Assembly: GCA_049965555.1 (NCBI GenBank)
Contig: JBMFWF010000002.1
Coordinates: 26,751-90,750, forward strand
Source: Candidatus Parvarchaeum sp.
GTDB taxonomy: Archaea; Nanobdellota; Nanobdellia; Parvarchaeales; Parvarchaeaceae
Direction: 5' to 3'
Length of the DNA: 64,000 nucleotides
The notes under the pieces are model-generated. The model ran no database searches, was not told the DNA's origin, and saw only the letters and a list, made by a program, of their open reading frames with translations. Of the stretch, positions 8,884 to 19,043 are shown piece by piece. Positions within the stretch are counted from its first letter, which is position 1. Each line of letters opens with the position of its first letter. The position numbers and the translations under genes are program-made.

Positions 8884-9351
8884 TTATATTATAATCTTTA
8901 AAACCGGAATGTAGGTTCCATTTACAATTTCGCTGTAACTTGACATGAAACTTTTCATCATGTGATTAAATTCCGTCTCTGCAAAATAAAATGACCGCAA
9001 GGAACTTTCTATTTTTATAGCATTCATAAAATCCTCCGCCATCCCATGATATAATCTATCCACATAATCAATCGAATTGAAATATGCTTTTTCTATGGCA
9101 ATTTGATCATGGTATTTATACTCTATTTTTATATTTGAAAGCATTTTACTGTTTTTTCTTAAGCTTAATAATCTTTCCGCAACCTTTGTAACTATTTCAT
9201 AATTTTCTATACAAACACCAAGGTTTGATTCTAATACTTCTTTCTCTTTAAAAGAATCTTCATTAATTAGTTCTTCAAGTCTTTTTCTAGAAAATGAAAC
9301 AAAATAATCATAGAAACTATATAATCCCGAAGAGCTTTCTTCATTCTTCAT
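8884..9351 (-). CDS. Hypothetical protein
   Basis: 155-aa ORF co-oriented with the NUDIX gene; no motif recognised. Confidence 0.6.
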   Translation of the reverse strand: MKNEESSSGLYSFYDYFVSFSRKRLEELINEDSFKEKEVLESNLGVCIENYEIVTKVAERLLSLRKNSKMLSNIKIEYKYHDQIAIEKAYFNSIDYVDRLYHGMAEDFMNAIKIESSLRSFYFAETEFNHMMKSFMSSYSEIVNGTYIPVLKIII

Positions 9352-9401
9352 ATCTTAATAATCCATTAAGTATATAAAAATAATAACCTCTTAATAGAAT
9401 T

Positions 9402-9695
9402 ATGACAAAAGATGGCTGCGATATGCGGGGTATGCTTTCCTTTCAAATACTTAATATGCTTAAGAAAAATAGACTGTGCGGAGAAGAAATAGCTAGGAAA
9501 ATCGAAAAATATAGGGGTAAAAAACCTGTAGCAAGTACCATTTACCCTGCGCTTAAAAGGCTGTCAAATAGCGGCTTGATATGTGGAAAAAGAATGGGAA
9601 AAAGAAAAATTTATTCTATTACCAAAAAAGGTCTTTCTGAAGAGAAGAAAGCACTTAATTACTTTGAAAAGTTATATTCAGAAATCCAAAAATAG
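9402..9695 (+). CDS. PadR-family transcriptional regulator
   Basis: GEEIARKI, STIYPALKRL..SGLI, RKIYSITKKG. Confidence 0.9.
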   Translation: MTKDGCDMRGMLSFQILNMLKKNRLCGEEIARKIEKYRGKKPVASTIYPALKRLSNSGLICGKRMGKRKIYSITKKGLSEEKKALNYFEKLYSEIQK

Positions 9696-9699
9696 GGGG

Positions 9700-9729
9700 A
9701 CGGGGGCTTTTAAACCCCCGTTTGTTTTT
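9700..9729 (+). terminator. Hairpin plus T-tract terminator candidate after padR
   Basis: ACGGGGG-(8 nt)-CCCCCGT followed by TTGTTTTT. Confidence 0.6.
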
Positions 9730-9762
9730 GAGGAAATTTTGATAAATATAATAAAGTAATAA

Positions 9763-9779
9763 TGGCCCCAAAGGGGCCA
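9763..9779 (-). terminator. Hairpin terminator candidate after ftsZ
   Basis: TGGCCCC-AAA-GGGGCCA 7 nt past the ftsZ stop, followed on the minus strand by TTATTACTTT. Confidence 0.55.
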
Positions 9780-9786
9780 AAACTAA

Positions 9787-10887
9787 TTACTTTAGAATCT
9801 CTATGCCGAGTTCCTGGTTTATTGCACCAGTAGTCTTAGATAGAGTGTTTATCTCTTCAGGCCCCAATAAATAAGGAGAGCTTACTCCCGTTATTATTGT
9901 CATGACCCTTAATTTTCCAGACAGAGACTCATCCACCTTTGCACCCCATATAACTACTGCATCTGGGTCTAAGGACTGAGTTGCCATCTCACCTATCTGA
10001 TTCACTTCTGCAAGTGTTAAATCAGGTCCTCCTGAGATGTGTATTAAAGCTCCCTTTGCGCCTTTGTAGCTCACGTCCAAAAGCGGATTGTTAAGTGCTC
10101 TTCTAACTACTTCGGTTACCCTTGAGTCAGAAGCGTCTGTTTCGCCGATTCCTATTACGGAAACGCCGCCTTTATTCATTATTGCCTTTATGTCTGCGAA
10201 GTCAAGGTGCACTAATGCACTTGCGTCTGATATGGTTTCAACTATTCCCTTTATCATTGTTGCAACCACTTCATTTGCTACATTAAATGCCTGGTCTATC
10301 GGCAAATTTCCAGCCATGCTCACCAGTCTGTTATTATCTATTACAATAACAGTATCGGAACTGTTTCTCAATTCCTCTAATCCTGCTTCTGCGGATTCTA
10401 CCCTCTTCCTTTCAGTCTTAAAAGGCATCGTTACAGTGCTTATTACGATTGAACCCATATCCTTTGCAAGCTTTGCAATTACAGGTGCTGCACCAGTACC
10501 TGTTCCGCCGCCAAGGCCTGCGCATACGAAAACTAAGTCTGCCCCTCTCAAAGCATCTTTAAGTTCCCTTGAAGATTCCTCTGCGGCCATTTTTCCCTTT
10601 TCAGGAAAACCGCCGGCTCCTAGTCCCTTAGTCAATTCCTTTCCAATAAGAATCTTTTTATCCCCATTTCTTGCATTTAACTGTATTTGATCTGTGTTAG
10701 CTAGAATTACTTCCGCGCCCTTGACTCCTTTTTTAAAGAGCCAATTGCCCATGTTATTTCCGCCGCCGCCGACTCCTACTACTTTTATCAAAGCCTGATT
10801 GAATAAAGGTTCGTTCATACCTTCTTCTCTGCTGGCTTTCAATGCGCTTTCAACAAGCAAATCCATTACCATTTTCCCCTCCATCAC
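9787..10887 (-). CDS. ftsZ: Cell division protein FtsZ (true start probably ATG 10872 after GGAGGGG)
   Basis: VGVGGGGNN, NTD, GLGAGG.PE.G, GLGGGTGTG tubulin signature, LDFADIK. Confidence 0.97.
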   Translation of the reverse strand: MMEGKMVMDLLVESALKASREEGMNEPLFNQALIKVVGVGGGGNNMGNWLFKKGVKGAEVILANTDQIQLNARNGDKKILIGKELTKGLGAGGFPEKGKMAAEESSRELKDALRGADLVFVCAGLGGGTGTGAAPVIAKLAKDMGSIVISTVTMPFKTERKRVESAEAGLEELRNSSDTVIVIDNNRLVSMAGNLPIDQAFNVANEVVATMIKGIVETISDASALVHLDFADIKAIMNKGGVSVIGIGETDASDSRVTEVVRRALNNPLLDVSYKGAKGALIHISGGPDLTLAEVNQIGEMATQSLDPDAVVIWGAKVDESLSGKLRVMTIITGVSSPYLLGPEEINTLSKTTGAINQELGIEILK

Positions 10888-10983
10888 ATTAGAAACAAAA
10901 GCGAAAGCTTTATATTCCCAATGCGTCTATATTTTATTAAGAAAAACAAGTAAGTGACCCCAAAACTTACAATGTTGCGATTA

Positions 10984-11013
10984 AAATTTGAATGTTCCCC
11001 AACATTCAAATTT
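10984..11013. repeat. Perfect 13-bp inverted repeat in the ftsZ/gatD divergent intergenic region
   Basis: AAATTTGAATGTT-CCCC-AACATTCAAATTT. Confidence 0.85.
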
Positions 11014-11163
11014 CTATTTTATTTAAATAACTATAATAATTGTTATTCATTTAAAAAGTTTATTGTCATTTAGTATACACTTTCTTTTGTGACTATTAAA
11101 ACTCTAGGCTGTGCAAAAATAAGAAATGAAAAGAGTTAAAACATTATAGCGGTAATTATTGTA

Positions 11164-12462
11164 ATGAATGCAAGGAAGATAGAACCAAAAAACCTGTCAT
11201 TTGGAGATTTAATTGAGCTAAAAGTAAGCGATCAAACATTTAACGGTGAATTCATAAGGGAAGAAGAAAACCTTATAATAATCAAACTAAAATCTGGATA
11301 TGATATAGCCCTGCCAAAAGAGACTATTGACAGTATATCTACTATAGAGAAAGCGAAAAGCAAAGAAAGCGAAGAAGAGAAAGAGAATAAAACGAAAGTT
11401 GAAAATCCGGACATAACAATGATAACAACTGGCGGAACCATATCTTCAAAGATAGACTATAAAACAGGGGGTGTTTCGCCTTCTGTAGACAGCAACTATT
11501 ATTTCCAGATATCACCCGGCCTAAAAAACCAGGGAAAAATAGCAGTAGTCAACTTAATGAGAAAGCTATCTGAGAACATGTTGCCTTTAGACTGGGTCAA
11601 AATCGCAAAGGAAGCTTATGCAAGCATAAGAAACGGCAGCAAAGGCATAATAGTCACAAGCGGTACAGATACCATGCATTTTGCTTCAGCCGCCCTCTCT
11701 TTTCTATTGAACCCGCTTTCCGTTCCTGTAGTTTTTACAGGCTCTCAAAGGAGCACTGATAGAGGATCTACAGATGCATCCACTAACTTGCTTTTGTCGG
11801 CATTTACAGCAAAAAACTTTCCTGGCGGCGAATCGGTAATTTGCATGCATGCAAATCTAAACGATGAGTATAATTATATATTAAGAGGAAACAAGGCTAG
11901 AAAAATGCATACTGAAAGAAGAGATGCCTTTAGGCCAATAAACATTAAACCTCTTGGAAAAGTTTATACTGATGGAAAAATAGACGAACTTTCTTCCGAG
12001 ATAATACCTAAAAAAGAAGATACAAAGTTAAACGACAAAATCGATGACAAGGTAAAATTAATATACGGATACCCCTCCATGGGCGGGGGTGTAATAGATT
12101 ATTATATCGAAAACAAAGTACATGGAATCGTAATCGCCGCAACCGGTTTTGGCAACATACCATTAGAAGACAAAACAGTTGTAAGTGCATTAAAAAAAGC
12201 GGAAAAAGAGGAGATACCTATAGTTATTACATCCCAAACAATCTACGGTTCAACTAACAAGTTCGTATACAGTACTTTGCGTAAAATTTCTGGATTTAAG
12301 AATATAATATATGTGGGGGATATGACAACCGAAACTGCATTCGTAAAACTCATGTTCGCACTTGGAAACAGCAAAAAAATCGATGGAGTAAAAGAGATTA
12401 TGTCAAGTAACTTAGCTGGTGAAATGAAGGAAAGGAGAGAGATAGACGAGTTTTTGATATGA
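11164..12462 (+). CDS. gatD: Glu-tRNA(Gln) amidotransferase subunit D
   Basis: IKLKSGYDI, TTGGTISSKIDYKTGGV, GTDTM, GSQRSTDRGSTD, RKMHT.RRDAF. Confidence 0.96.
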   Translation: MNARKIEPKNLSFGDLIELKVSDQTFNGEFIREEENLIIIKLKSGYDIALPKETIDSISTIEKAKSKESEEEKENKTKVENPDITMITTGGTISSKIDYKTGGVSPSVDSNYYFQISPGLKNQGKIAVVNLMRKLSENMLPLDWVKIAKEAYASIRNGSKGIIVTSGTDTMHFASAALSFLLNPLSVPVVFTGSQRSTDRGSTDASTNLLLSAFTAKNFPGGESVICMHANLNDEYNYILRGNKARKMHTERRDAFRPINIKPLGKVYTDGKIDELSSEIIPKKEDTKLNDKIDDKVKLIYGYPSMGGGVIDYYIENKVHGIVIAATGFGNIPLEDKTVVSALKKAEKEEIPIVITSQTIYGSTNKFVYSTLRKISGFKNIIYVGDMTTETAFVKLMFALGNSKKIDGVKEIMSSNLAGEMKERREIDEFLI

Positions 12463-14282
12463 AAATAAGATGTGGCTTTGAATGGCATATACAAATCGAT
12501 TCCGGCAAGCTTTTCTGCCGCTGTAAATCGGAGATAAAGGAAAATAAAGATTACTTTGAAATAAAGAGGCTAATAAGGCCCTCTTTTGGTGAAAGCGGCA
12601 AAATAGACATAAGTGCAGAATTTGAGGGTCAAAAAACAAAAAAGATAGTTTATAAGGTTTTTAATGATACTGACTGCTTAGTAGACATAGATGAGGAACC
12701 TCCCCATAATATAGACAGGGATGCTCTTTCTACTGGAGTTAATCTTTCTTATGCTCTGAACGCGTATTTGTTAGACAACTTAATATTTATGAGAAAGACG
12801 ATAGTTGATGGATCTAATACAACCGGCTTTCAGAGAACGGCGATTTTAGCGTTAAACGGCGAATTCCCATTCAAGGAAAAAAGGATAAAAATTGATACCA
12901 TTTCCATAGAAGAAGACTCTGCCAGAAAGGAAACAGAGAACAAAGAAGAAACCACCTATTTCCTAGACAGGATAGGAATACCTTTAATAGAAATTGCAAC
13001 GGGCATAATAGAAACTGATGAAAATGAAGCAAAGGAGATAGCAATGCAATTTGGAAAGTTTACGAGGCTGTTCAATGTTAAAAGAGGGATAGGCACAATA
13101 AGACAGGATGTAAATCTCTCTATTGAAGGGGGAAAAAGAGTAGAACTAAAAGGATTTCAGAATATAAGAGAGATGGATAAGGTTATATTAAATGAAGCAA
13201 AAAGGCAGGAAAATCTAATAAAAATAAAGAATGACTTTGGATATGTTACAAAAGAGATTGAAAACTGGCATTTTGAAGATATAAAAGGGGTATTCGAAAG
13301 CACAGAATCAAACATTATAAAGACTGCTGTAAAAAGCGGAAAAAGCATAATAGGCATTAGGTTACAAGGACTGAAAGGGCTTCTCGGGACATACATTTGC
13401 GAAAACAAGAGGTTTGGAAGTGAAATAAGCGATTATCTGAAGATTAAACTAGGCTACGGGATAATGCATTCTGATGAACTACCTGCATATGGCATAAGCG
13501 AAAATGAGAAAAATAAAATAGCAGAAAGATTAAATTGCGGTGAAAACGACTCATTTCTATTTTCAATATGCGACAATGGATATGAAAACCCCGCTATGGG
13601 AGCAATAAAAGAAAGACTTTCTTCTTTGCTTGAAGATGTGCCATCAGAAGTAAGACTTGTACAGGATGATAATACAACTAGATTTTTAAGGCCGATGGGA
13701 GGAAAAGACAGGATGTATGTTGAAACTGATTTACCCATAATAAAAATAGATGAAGATATTTTAAAGGAGGGAAAAGAGTATATCGGGAGAAGCGTAGATT
13801 CATTGAAATCATCGCTTAACATATCTGATGAGTTTCTTGATCAACTGATATCATCAAGGAAACTCAGCGAAGCGATATACCTGAAAAATAAAACTGGGAT
13901 CGACTTTAATGCAATAATACAAATTGCAGTAGAGGACTGGAAATATATCAGAAGAAAATTTGGAAAGGAGATAGATAAAAAGGATGTAGAAGAGATATTG
14001 AAGAAAATAAAAGGAAATGAGATAGTAAGAGATTCCGCAAGAATCATAATGGAAGGAATTGCGTTGACAGGCAAAAGCGTTGAAGAGATAATAAAAGAAA
14101 AAGGTCTTAAAAAGAAAAGCGATGAGGAACTAAGGAATGAAATAGAAAAACTCATAAAAGATAAAAAACTGGATAAAGTCGATTCGCTCATAGTAAATCT
14201 AAAAGACAGGATAGGCACTACTTTTGAGGCTAAAGAAGCATATAAAATAGCACTAGAACTGATAAAAGATGAAAAAGATTGA
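12459..14282 (+). CDS. gatE: Glu-tRNA(Gln) amidotransferase subunit E
   Basis: KLFCRC, DEEPPH, MRKTIVDGSNTTGFQRT, GIGTIRQDVNLSI, HSDELPAYGI, RMYVETD; overlaps gatD by ATGA. Confidence 0.96.
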   Translation: MKIRCGFEWHIQIDSGKLFCRCKSEIKENKDYFEIKRLIRPSFGESGKIDISAEFEGQKTKKIVYKVFNDTDCLVDIDEEPPHNIDRDALSTGVNLSYALNAYLLDNLIFMRKTIVDGSNTTGFQRTAILALNGEFPFKEKRIKIDTISIEEDSARKETENKEETTYFLDRIGIPLIEIATGIIETDENEAKEIAMQFGKFTRLFNVKRGIGTIRQDVNLSIEGGKRVELKGFQNIREMDKVILNEAKRQENLIKIKNDFGYVTKEIENWHFEDIKGVFESTESNIIKTAVKSGKSIIGIRLQGLKGLLGTYICENKRFGSEISDYLKIKLGYGIMHSDELPAYGISENEKNKIAERLNCGENDSFLFSICDNGYENPAMGAIKERLSSLLEDVPSEVRLVQDDNTTRFLRPMGGKDRMYVETDLPIIKIDEDILKEGKEYIGRSVDSLKSSLNISDEFLDQLISSRKLSEAIYLKNKTGIDFNAIIQIAVEDWKYIRRKFGKEIDKKDVEEILKKIKGNEIVRDSARIIMEGIALTGKSVEEIIKEKGLKKKSDEELRNEIEKLIKDKKLDKVDSLIVNLKDRIGTTFEAKEAYKIALELIKDEKD

Positions 14283-14865
14283 TTTTTACAGAGAGCTATC
14301 TAAGTTGGATAAAACAGAAAAAAACAGCCTTAAATTGGAGCAGTATTCAACGGATATAGATACTGCCTATCGGTTCATATATTTTGTTGATTACAATGTT
14401 AGCATAGCTGGAAAAACCGTAGCAGATTTGGGCTGCGGAAATGGGATACTTGGAATAGCTGCATCATTGCTTGGTGCAGCGGAAGTTGATCTTTATGATA
14501 TAGATGAAAAAGCAGTTTGCTCTACTAAACAAAACATTGAAAAACTGCATATTAAGAATGCAAAACCTATTCACATGGATATATTTGATGCAGATAAAAA
14601 ATACGAAATTGCAGTATCAAATCCGCCTTTTGGTTTTCAAAGCAATTTCAGTCTAAATGCATTTATAAAAAAAGCAAACTCATTAGCAGAGAACATATTC
14701 TTTATCTACAAAGATAATAAAGAGATAAGGAAAATCGCAGATATTCTTGGCTTTTCAGTATATAAGATAGAAGATATAACGCTTGAAAATACGCTGCCAT
14801 TCCACAAAAAAAGCTATTATAGTTTGCCGGTTGTTATAGTTTATAAAATAACAAATAAAGTATGA
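14269..14865 (+). CDS. METTL5-like N6-adenine RNA methyltransferase
   Basis: LEQYST, VADLGCGNGILGI, NPPFG, PFHKK. Confidence 0.88.
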   Translation: MKKIDFYRELSKLDKTEKNSLKLEQYSTDIDTAYRFIYFVDYNVSIAGKTVADLGCGNGILGIAASLLGAAEVDLYDIDEKAVCSTKQNIEKLHIKNAKPIHMDIFDADKKYEIAVSNPPFGFQSNFSLNAFIKKANSLAENIFFIYKDNKEIRKIADILGFSVYKIEDITLENTLPFHKKSYYSLPVVIVYKITNKV

Positions 14866-15305
14866 AAGGACAAGTAAACTTTGGAGCTTGGGTTCTTATA
14901 ATCGCGATAGTTGCAATTATAATACTGCTGATATTTGATTCAACTATAAGAAGTTACATACTTACAAACCTTAGTAGCCTGGTAAGCGGGATAAAATCTG
15001 CTAGCCCGGGAGCCTTATCCGAAGTTACAACAAATTTCACTGCATATAACTGCAGTTCCGCATGTTCACTCTTTCCAAGCTCAATCTATTACTGGACAAT
15101 AAACTTCAACGGCCAAAATTACACTTATTACCTGAATAATAGCATAAGCGTTACCTCCTCTCCAGGTAATTATTCTTTAGAGGTATACCCAGTATTAACA
15201 TCTAGCGGTGAATTATGCTCAAACGCGACTAACTCCGGCAAGCAGACGAAAATATTAAACATTCCGGCAGGCAAAAACTACAAATTATATTATTTGCCAT
15301 GCTGA
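14862..15305 (+). CDS. Pilin-like surface protein with class III signal peptide
   Basis: MKG|QVNF followed by a hydrophobic helix; S/T/N-rich body with Cys pairs and NxS/T sequons. Confidence 0.65.
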   Translation: MKGQVNFGAWVLIIAIVAIIILLIFDSTIRSYILTNLSSLVSGIKSASPGALSEVTTNFTAYNCSSACSLFPSSIYYWTINFNGQNYTYYLNNSISVTSSPGNYSLEVYPVLTSSGELCSNATNSGKQTKILNIPAGKNYKLYYLPC

Positions 15306-15321
15306 GTTCAATAAGCTAAAC

Positions 15322-16169
15322 CTATTTCTTCTTGGAAACTATTATGGATGAAGATGCTACATCTATTTTATTCTTTTTAAGATAATCAAGTATACCTGAG
15401 CTAATCTCGCTCTGAGTTTTCTTTCTTTCCCACAAGTTTGTTATGTACCTTAAATTAATTTTTATGTAGTTATCATTAAATGAAATGAAAACTGTGGGGT
15501 GTATGTCCCCTCTAGATATAAAATAAGCTTTCTTTAGCTTTTCATAGTCTCTTTGTGCACCTTCAAAGAACTTTTTCGTTTTATTATCTGCTATTTTTCT
15601 TATTTCTTTTGCTATCTTATTATAGTCTGAATCAAATAGTATAGGTATGGTTATATTGTCCCAGATATACTCAAAGCCCTTTGAGAAGTTTATAACATCT
15701 TGACTCATTATCCTATTGTTTGGTATCTCAACTATTCTACCGGTGTAAAGATCTCCCTCTACCCAGTCATTTATCTCCATTATGGTTATGAAAAACATGT
15801 TTATGTCTATTATGTCCCCTTCCTCTGTCCCTATTTTTATCCTGTCCCCTACTTTAATCGGCCTCATAAAGAGTATTATTATCCATGCGAGGAAGCTTGT
15901 AATCGGGTCACGCAATGAAAAAGCTACCCCTGCAGAAAAAAGACCGGCAGACAAGGCTACTATGCTGCTATCATTTACAAATAAAGATATGACTATAACA
16001 AAGTCTATAAACAGAATGACTATTGCAACTATTTTCTTCAAGTTATATCTTTGCTTGATATCGCTTATCTTAGTTATCAACTTTGATAGAAAGTATAGAT
16101 AGCATATGACACTAAAGTTATCGCCAGCAATTCAAAAATTGTATATAATAGGTTTAGTGATATAATCAT
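15322..16169 (-). CDS. mscS: Small-conductance mechanosensitive channel, frameshifted near the 5' end (error or pseudogene)
   Basis: AGLFSAGVAFSLRDPI, RPIKVGDRI..G..GDIIDI, IPNN; a 30-aa hydrophobic ORF from ATG 16169 lies in another frame to the main body (15322-16080). Confidence 0.85.
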
Positions 16170-16214
16170 ATGTAGTTGTAAAAGAGCTATTAATATTTAT
16201 ATATTAAACTAAAA

Positions 16215-16406
16215 TCAAGGTAAACTATTATTTATTGAGCTGCTATTTGGAGCAGAATGAATAAGACCTGTCAATGGCGAGAATATGCCACTCTTTAAAA
16301 GAAAAAGCAGAATTACCAACAATGCCAGAGCTATCACTATAATGATTATTATAGTTATACCCAATTCCATTCCTTTATTGTTAATGTGCATAAATTTCAA
16401 TGTCAT
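16215..16406 (-). CDS. Small pilin-like protein with class III signal peptide
   Basis: NKG|MELGITIIIIIVIALALLVILLFLL. Confidence 0.65.
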   Translation of the reverse strand: MTLKFMHINNKGMELGITIIIIIVIALALLVILLFLLKSGIFSPLTGLIHSAPNSSSINNSLP

Positions 16407-16543
16407 TTAATACATTAATATTTTAATTACTTTATATAAACTCAAAAAAGTTAGTTTATTAAGGCATTTTAAAGAGTTATTTCTTACAGAATTGCAAAGT
16501 TTGTCTAAAATAGTTATTAATATACAAAAAACCAAAAAAAATA

Positions 16544-18451
16544 ATGAAAATTATATACAACGGAAAGGAAAGAGAGTTCAAGGACGGAGAAAAAGCTGCA
16601 GATATCGCAAAGGAATTAAACGCTCCTAAAGATATAATTGTGGCAGAGATAAATAACCGGCTAATAGATTTGTCTGCAGAAGTAAAAGAAGATGGCGAAA
16701 TAAAATTCTTCACTTTCAACGATGATATTGGGAAGAAGGTCTTCTGGCACTCATCCGCACATATTCTTGCAGCTGCGGTAAAAAGACTCTATCCAGAAGC
16801 AGTGCTTGGCATAGGTCCTGCAATAGATGAGGGTTTCTACTATGACATTTATAACCTTAAAGCGGGAGACAACGACCTAGAAGATATAGAGAAGGAGATG
16901 TATAAAATAATAAAAGAAAACCAAGCTTTTGAAAGGAGAGATATATCAAAAAAAGAAGCGAAGGAACTTCTAAAGGACAACAAATTCAAACTGGAAATAA
17001 TCGAAGAAGTAAACGGAAATCTAAGCATATACAAAAACGGAGAATTCTATGACCTGTGCAGAGGGCCTCATATCCCTTCTACTGGATATATAGGCGCAGT
17101 AAAACTTTTGAAAACTTCTGGAGCTTATTGGAGAGGAGACAGCAAAAGAGAGGTGATGACTAGAATATATGGTATTTCATTTCCTTCCAAGAAAGAACTT
17201 GATGAATACATAAAATTCTTAGAAGAAAAGGATAAACATGATAATAAAAGGATAGGCAAAGAATTAGAGTTATTTGAATTCATGGACGTTTCACCAGGTT
17301 CTCCTTTTATGCTTCCAAAAGGGACCATAATTTATAATGAACTTATAAAGCTTGCTAGAGAATACGATACGAAATATGATTATAAAGAAATCATAACTCC
17401 TATGATAGCAAAGATAGATTTATGGAAAATAAGCGGGCATTTTGATAAATACAAGCAAAATATGTTTGAAGTCAAGCCATTTGAGTCTGATGAAGAATAT
17501 GCACTTAAACCAATGAGCTGCCCATTTCACGTTCTTGTATTTAAATCAAAAACTAGAAGCTATAAAGAGCTTCCTTTAAGATTTGCAGAGCATGGCTTGG
17601 TACATAGATATGAATTAGAGGGCACATTAAACGGCCTTATGCGCACGAGATTACTGCAGCAAAATGATTCTCACATTTTTGTAACAGGAGAGCAAATAGA
17701 AGATGAAATAATATTTGAACTTAAAGAACTTAAAGAAATCTATGATATATTTAATCTTTCCCCGATATTCACAGTTGCAACTAGGCCAGATGAAAGAATC
17801 GGAGAAGATGAACTTTGGGACAAAGCAGAAACTGCGTTATTTAACGCATTGAAAAAAGGAGGATATAAATATACTATAAAGCCTAAGGATGGTGCATTCT
17901 ACGGCCCGAAAATAGACGTTTATGTCCTAGACTTCACTGGAAAACCGGAATCGGCTTATGCTGTCTCGACTATACAAGTCGATTTTAATTTAGCAAGAAG
18001 ATTTGATGCAACGTATGTGGGCCCAGACAATAAGGAGCATATACCAGTCGTTCTGCATAGGTCTATATTAGGTTCATTTGGTAGATTTATGGGTATAATC
18101 CTTGAGAATTCAGAGGGCAAATTGCCGGTATGGCTTTCACCTGTACAGGTTAAAGTGCTTACTATAACCGAGAGAAACAACAAATATGCAGATGAAATAA
18201 TAAGAAAACTTAAAGATAACGGCATAAGAGTAGAAAGTGACACTGAAAATGGCACGCTTGATTATAGAATAAGGAAAGCTCAGCTTGAAAAAGTTCCGTT
18301 CATGATCATTATAGGAGATAAAGAAGAAGAAAAGAAAACAATCGCAGTGAGAAATAGAAATGGGAAAACAAGATATAACGTAGACATAAATGAATTCATA
18401 AATGACATTTTAAATAATATAAAAAATAGAACAAAGTATGAAGAAGAATGA
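16544..18451 (+). CDS. thrS: Threonyl-tRNA synthetase, bacterial-type domain architecture
   Basis: TGS-like N-terminus, FWHSSAH and DLCRGPH editing motifs, LKPMSCP, GAFYGPKID, TIQVDF, HRSILGS, WLSPVQV. Confidence 0.97.
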   Translation: MKIIYNGKEREFKDGEKAADIAKELNAPKDIIVAEINNRLIDLSAEVKEDGEIKFFTFNDDIGKKVFWHSSAHILAAAVKRLYPEAVLGIGPAIDEGFYYDIYNLKAGDNDLEDIEKEMYKIIKENQAFERRDISKKEAKELLKDNKFKLEIIEEVNGNLSIYKNGEFYDLCRGPHIPSTGYIGAVKLLKTSGAYWRGDSKREVMTRIYGISFPSKKELDEYIKFLEEKDKHDNKRIGKELELFEFMDVSPGSPFMLPKGTIIYNELIKLAREYDTKYDYKEIITPMIAKIDLWKISGHFDKYKQNMFEVKPFESDEEYALKPMSCPFHVLVFKSKTRSYKELPLRFAEHGLVHRYELEGTLNGLMRTRLLQQNDSHIFVTGEQIEDEIIFELKELKEIYDIFNLSPIFTVATRPDERIGEDELWDKAETALFNALKKGGYKYTIKPKDGAFYGPKIDVYVLDFTGKPESAYAVSTIQVDFNLARRFDATYVGPDNKEHIPVVLHRSILGSFGRFMGIILENSEGKLPVWLSPVQVKVLTITERNNKYADEIIRKLKDNGIRVESDTENGTLDYRIRKAQLEKVPFMIIIGDKEEEKKTIAVRNRNGKTRYNVDINEFINDILNNIKNRTKYEEE

Positions 18452-18980
18452 GCTAAGCCACAGAGAATACAGAAAATTAAAACATAAGTTTAACAGAAAC
18501 AACATCTTAATACCGCTAATTGCAACTTCTTTTGTAGTTGTGTTTCTGATTTTTGTGTTACATGAAATAAATTTTGACATAAGAGAGATAAGCGGAGCTT
18601 CTGCACTGATATTCACTTCTTTCGCAAGCAGCGCATTTATATTGTTTCTAATGCCATATTCCAAGGCTGCAAAGAAAACAAGATTTGTCAAAAGTTACTT
18701 AATTGCAGGCTTTTTCGGCTATCTTGGCTTTCTTCTCTCTAGTTTTATAAATTTCTATATTATTGCAGGGACAGTAATCTTTATAGTGTCATTTTTACTG
18801 TTCGAAACCGATAGCGAACACCCTCCTGCAATCGGTATAGCAGTAGCTTTTATGATATTTAGAATTCCGATATACGGGATATTAAGCCTTCTAACAGGAG
18901 TAATTATTTTAGTTGCGGCCAAATACATAATGCAAAAAATTGGCATACTGTCCAAGGCAAGCGAGTTTAAAGTCAGGTAA
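18438..18980 (+). CDS. HPP-family membrane protein
   Basis: SFASSAFILFLMP, EHPPAIGIA, multiple TM helices. Confidence 0.85.
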   Translation: MKKNELSHREYRKLKHKFNRNNILIPLIATSFVVVFLIFVLHEINFDIREISGASALIFTSFASSAFILFLMPYSKAAKKTRFVKSYLIAGFFGYLGFLLSSFINFYIIAGTVIFIVSFLLFETDSEHPPAIGIAVAFMIFRIPIYGILSLLTGVIILVAAKYIMQKIGILSKASEFKVR

Positions 18981-19043
18981 AATAAAGCTCAACAGGATAT
19001 TATTAATTTAATAATCAAACAAAGAAAATATCCTTTAGAAAAT

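Noticed and set aside
10088-10690. 200-aa plus-strand ORF and many similar antisense ORFs (e.g. 20735-21286, 30988-31485, 47624-48028)
   Set aside because: Shadow frames opposite well-supported genes, with S/F/L/I-rich composition and no motifs.
10884-11009. Possible small ORF upstream of ftsZ (cdrS-like position)
   Set aside because: Only a TTG-started 41-codon frame with no ribbon-helix-helix resemblance; it runs through the inverted repeats.
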